Below, piece after piece: positions 63,476 to 64,000 of a DNA stretch of 64,000 bases. This DNA is from Podarcis tiliguerta (Eukaryota): NCBI GenBank assembly GCA_965153285.1, contig OZ229120.1; one strand, given 5' to 3'. A model generated the notes under the pieces. The model ran no database searches and was not told the origin of the DNA. It saw nothing but the letters and a program-made list of their open reading frames with translations. Position 1 is the stretch's first letter. Each line of letters opens with the position of its first letter. Position numbers and translations under genes: made by a program.

Positions 63476-64000
63476 CTGGAAATAAGAAGTATGTTTAATC
63501 TTGCTGTACTCTTACAAAAATAACTGAAAGAAAACTCACAATATCAGAAAATCTATTTGTCTTGTTTGCAAACACATCAAGACGCAGGACTATTTCATTA
63601 AGCGAAACTTTGAAAATAAATTTGATTTTTAAAGTGTGCCCTTTTCTCATTGCACAGGTTGATCAAATCACTTTGTAACTCAACAAATTAGATTTTAGAG
63701 TGGTTTCAAAGCTCTGTCTTCTCATTTCAGTTGCTACTGCATTTTCCCTAGCTAAGCCCTGAAGCATTAATAAATCCAGAAGAATGGCATTAATTGTGCC
63801 CTTTATTTAGTTAGTTAGATTGATAACCTGTATTTTTCTAGGTTCAGGACAGTTTTAACATTTTGCTACCTAATTCATTCTCACAGAATTGTGATGAAAG
63901 TCCCATGTTTAATTTATAAAATAAATGGTGCTAAGACACATTCTTGCCTTCTGGCCAGCACTGATTCTAATCCTACATTTTAGGGAGTTGGGTGTGTTCA

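Overview
Vertebrate genomic DNA. The repeat content (Squam-like SINEs, L2/CR1/L1 fragments, TA- and 8-bp-TSD MITEs) points to a squamate reptile, probably a lacertid lizard. Two genes lie in tandem on the minus strand, in the order known from human chr5. (1) The 3' part of MSH3 (MutS homolog 3): 16 coding exons (exons 9-24 by human numbering) from 63475 down to the TAA stop at 35307. All introns are GT-AG, phases join into one open frame of 2074 nt, and the ATPase Walker A and B motifs are intact. (2) About 19 kb further downstream, the CpG-island promoter and first coding exon of RASGRF2 (15998-15714, N-terminal PH domain), with the rest of the window (1-15713) being RASGRF2 intron 1. Non-coding space is full of mobile elements, several of them nested. 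I found no evidence of a wholly new biological system, and no CRISPR, rRNA or true tRNA gene. The points most worth follow-up are: a triplicated MSH3 exon-19 splice donor next to a SINE, a coding A9 run in MSH3, two substitutions in conserved MutS ATPase motifs, an in-frame uORF ahead of RASGRF2, a DNA transposon with a 9-bp TSD, an OC1-like hAT MITE and a Helitron-like element. Gene and repeat family names come from recalled sequences, not database searches.
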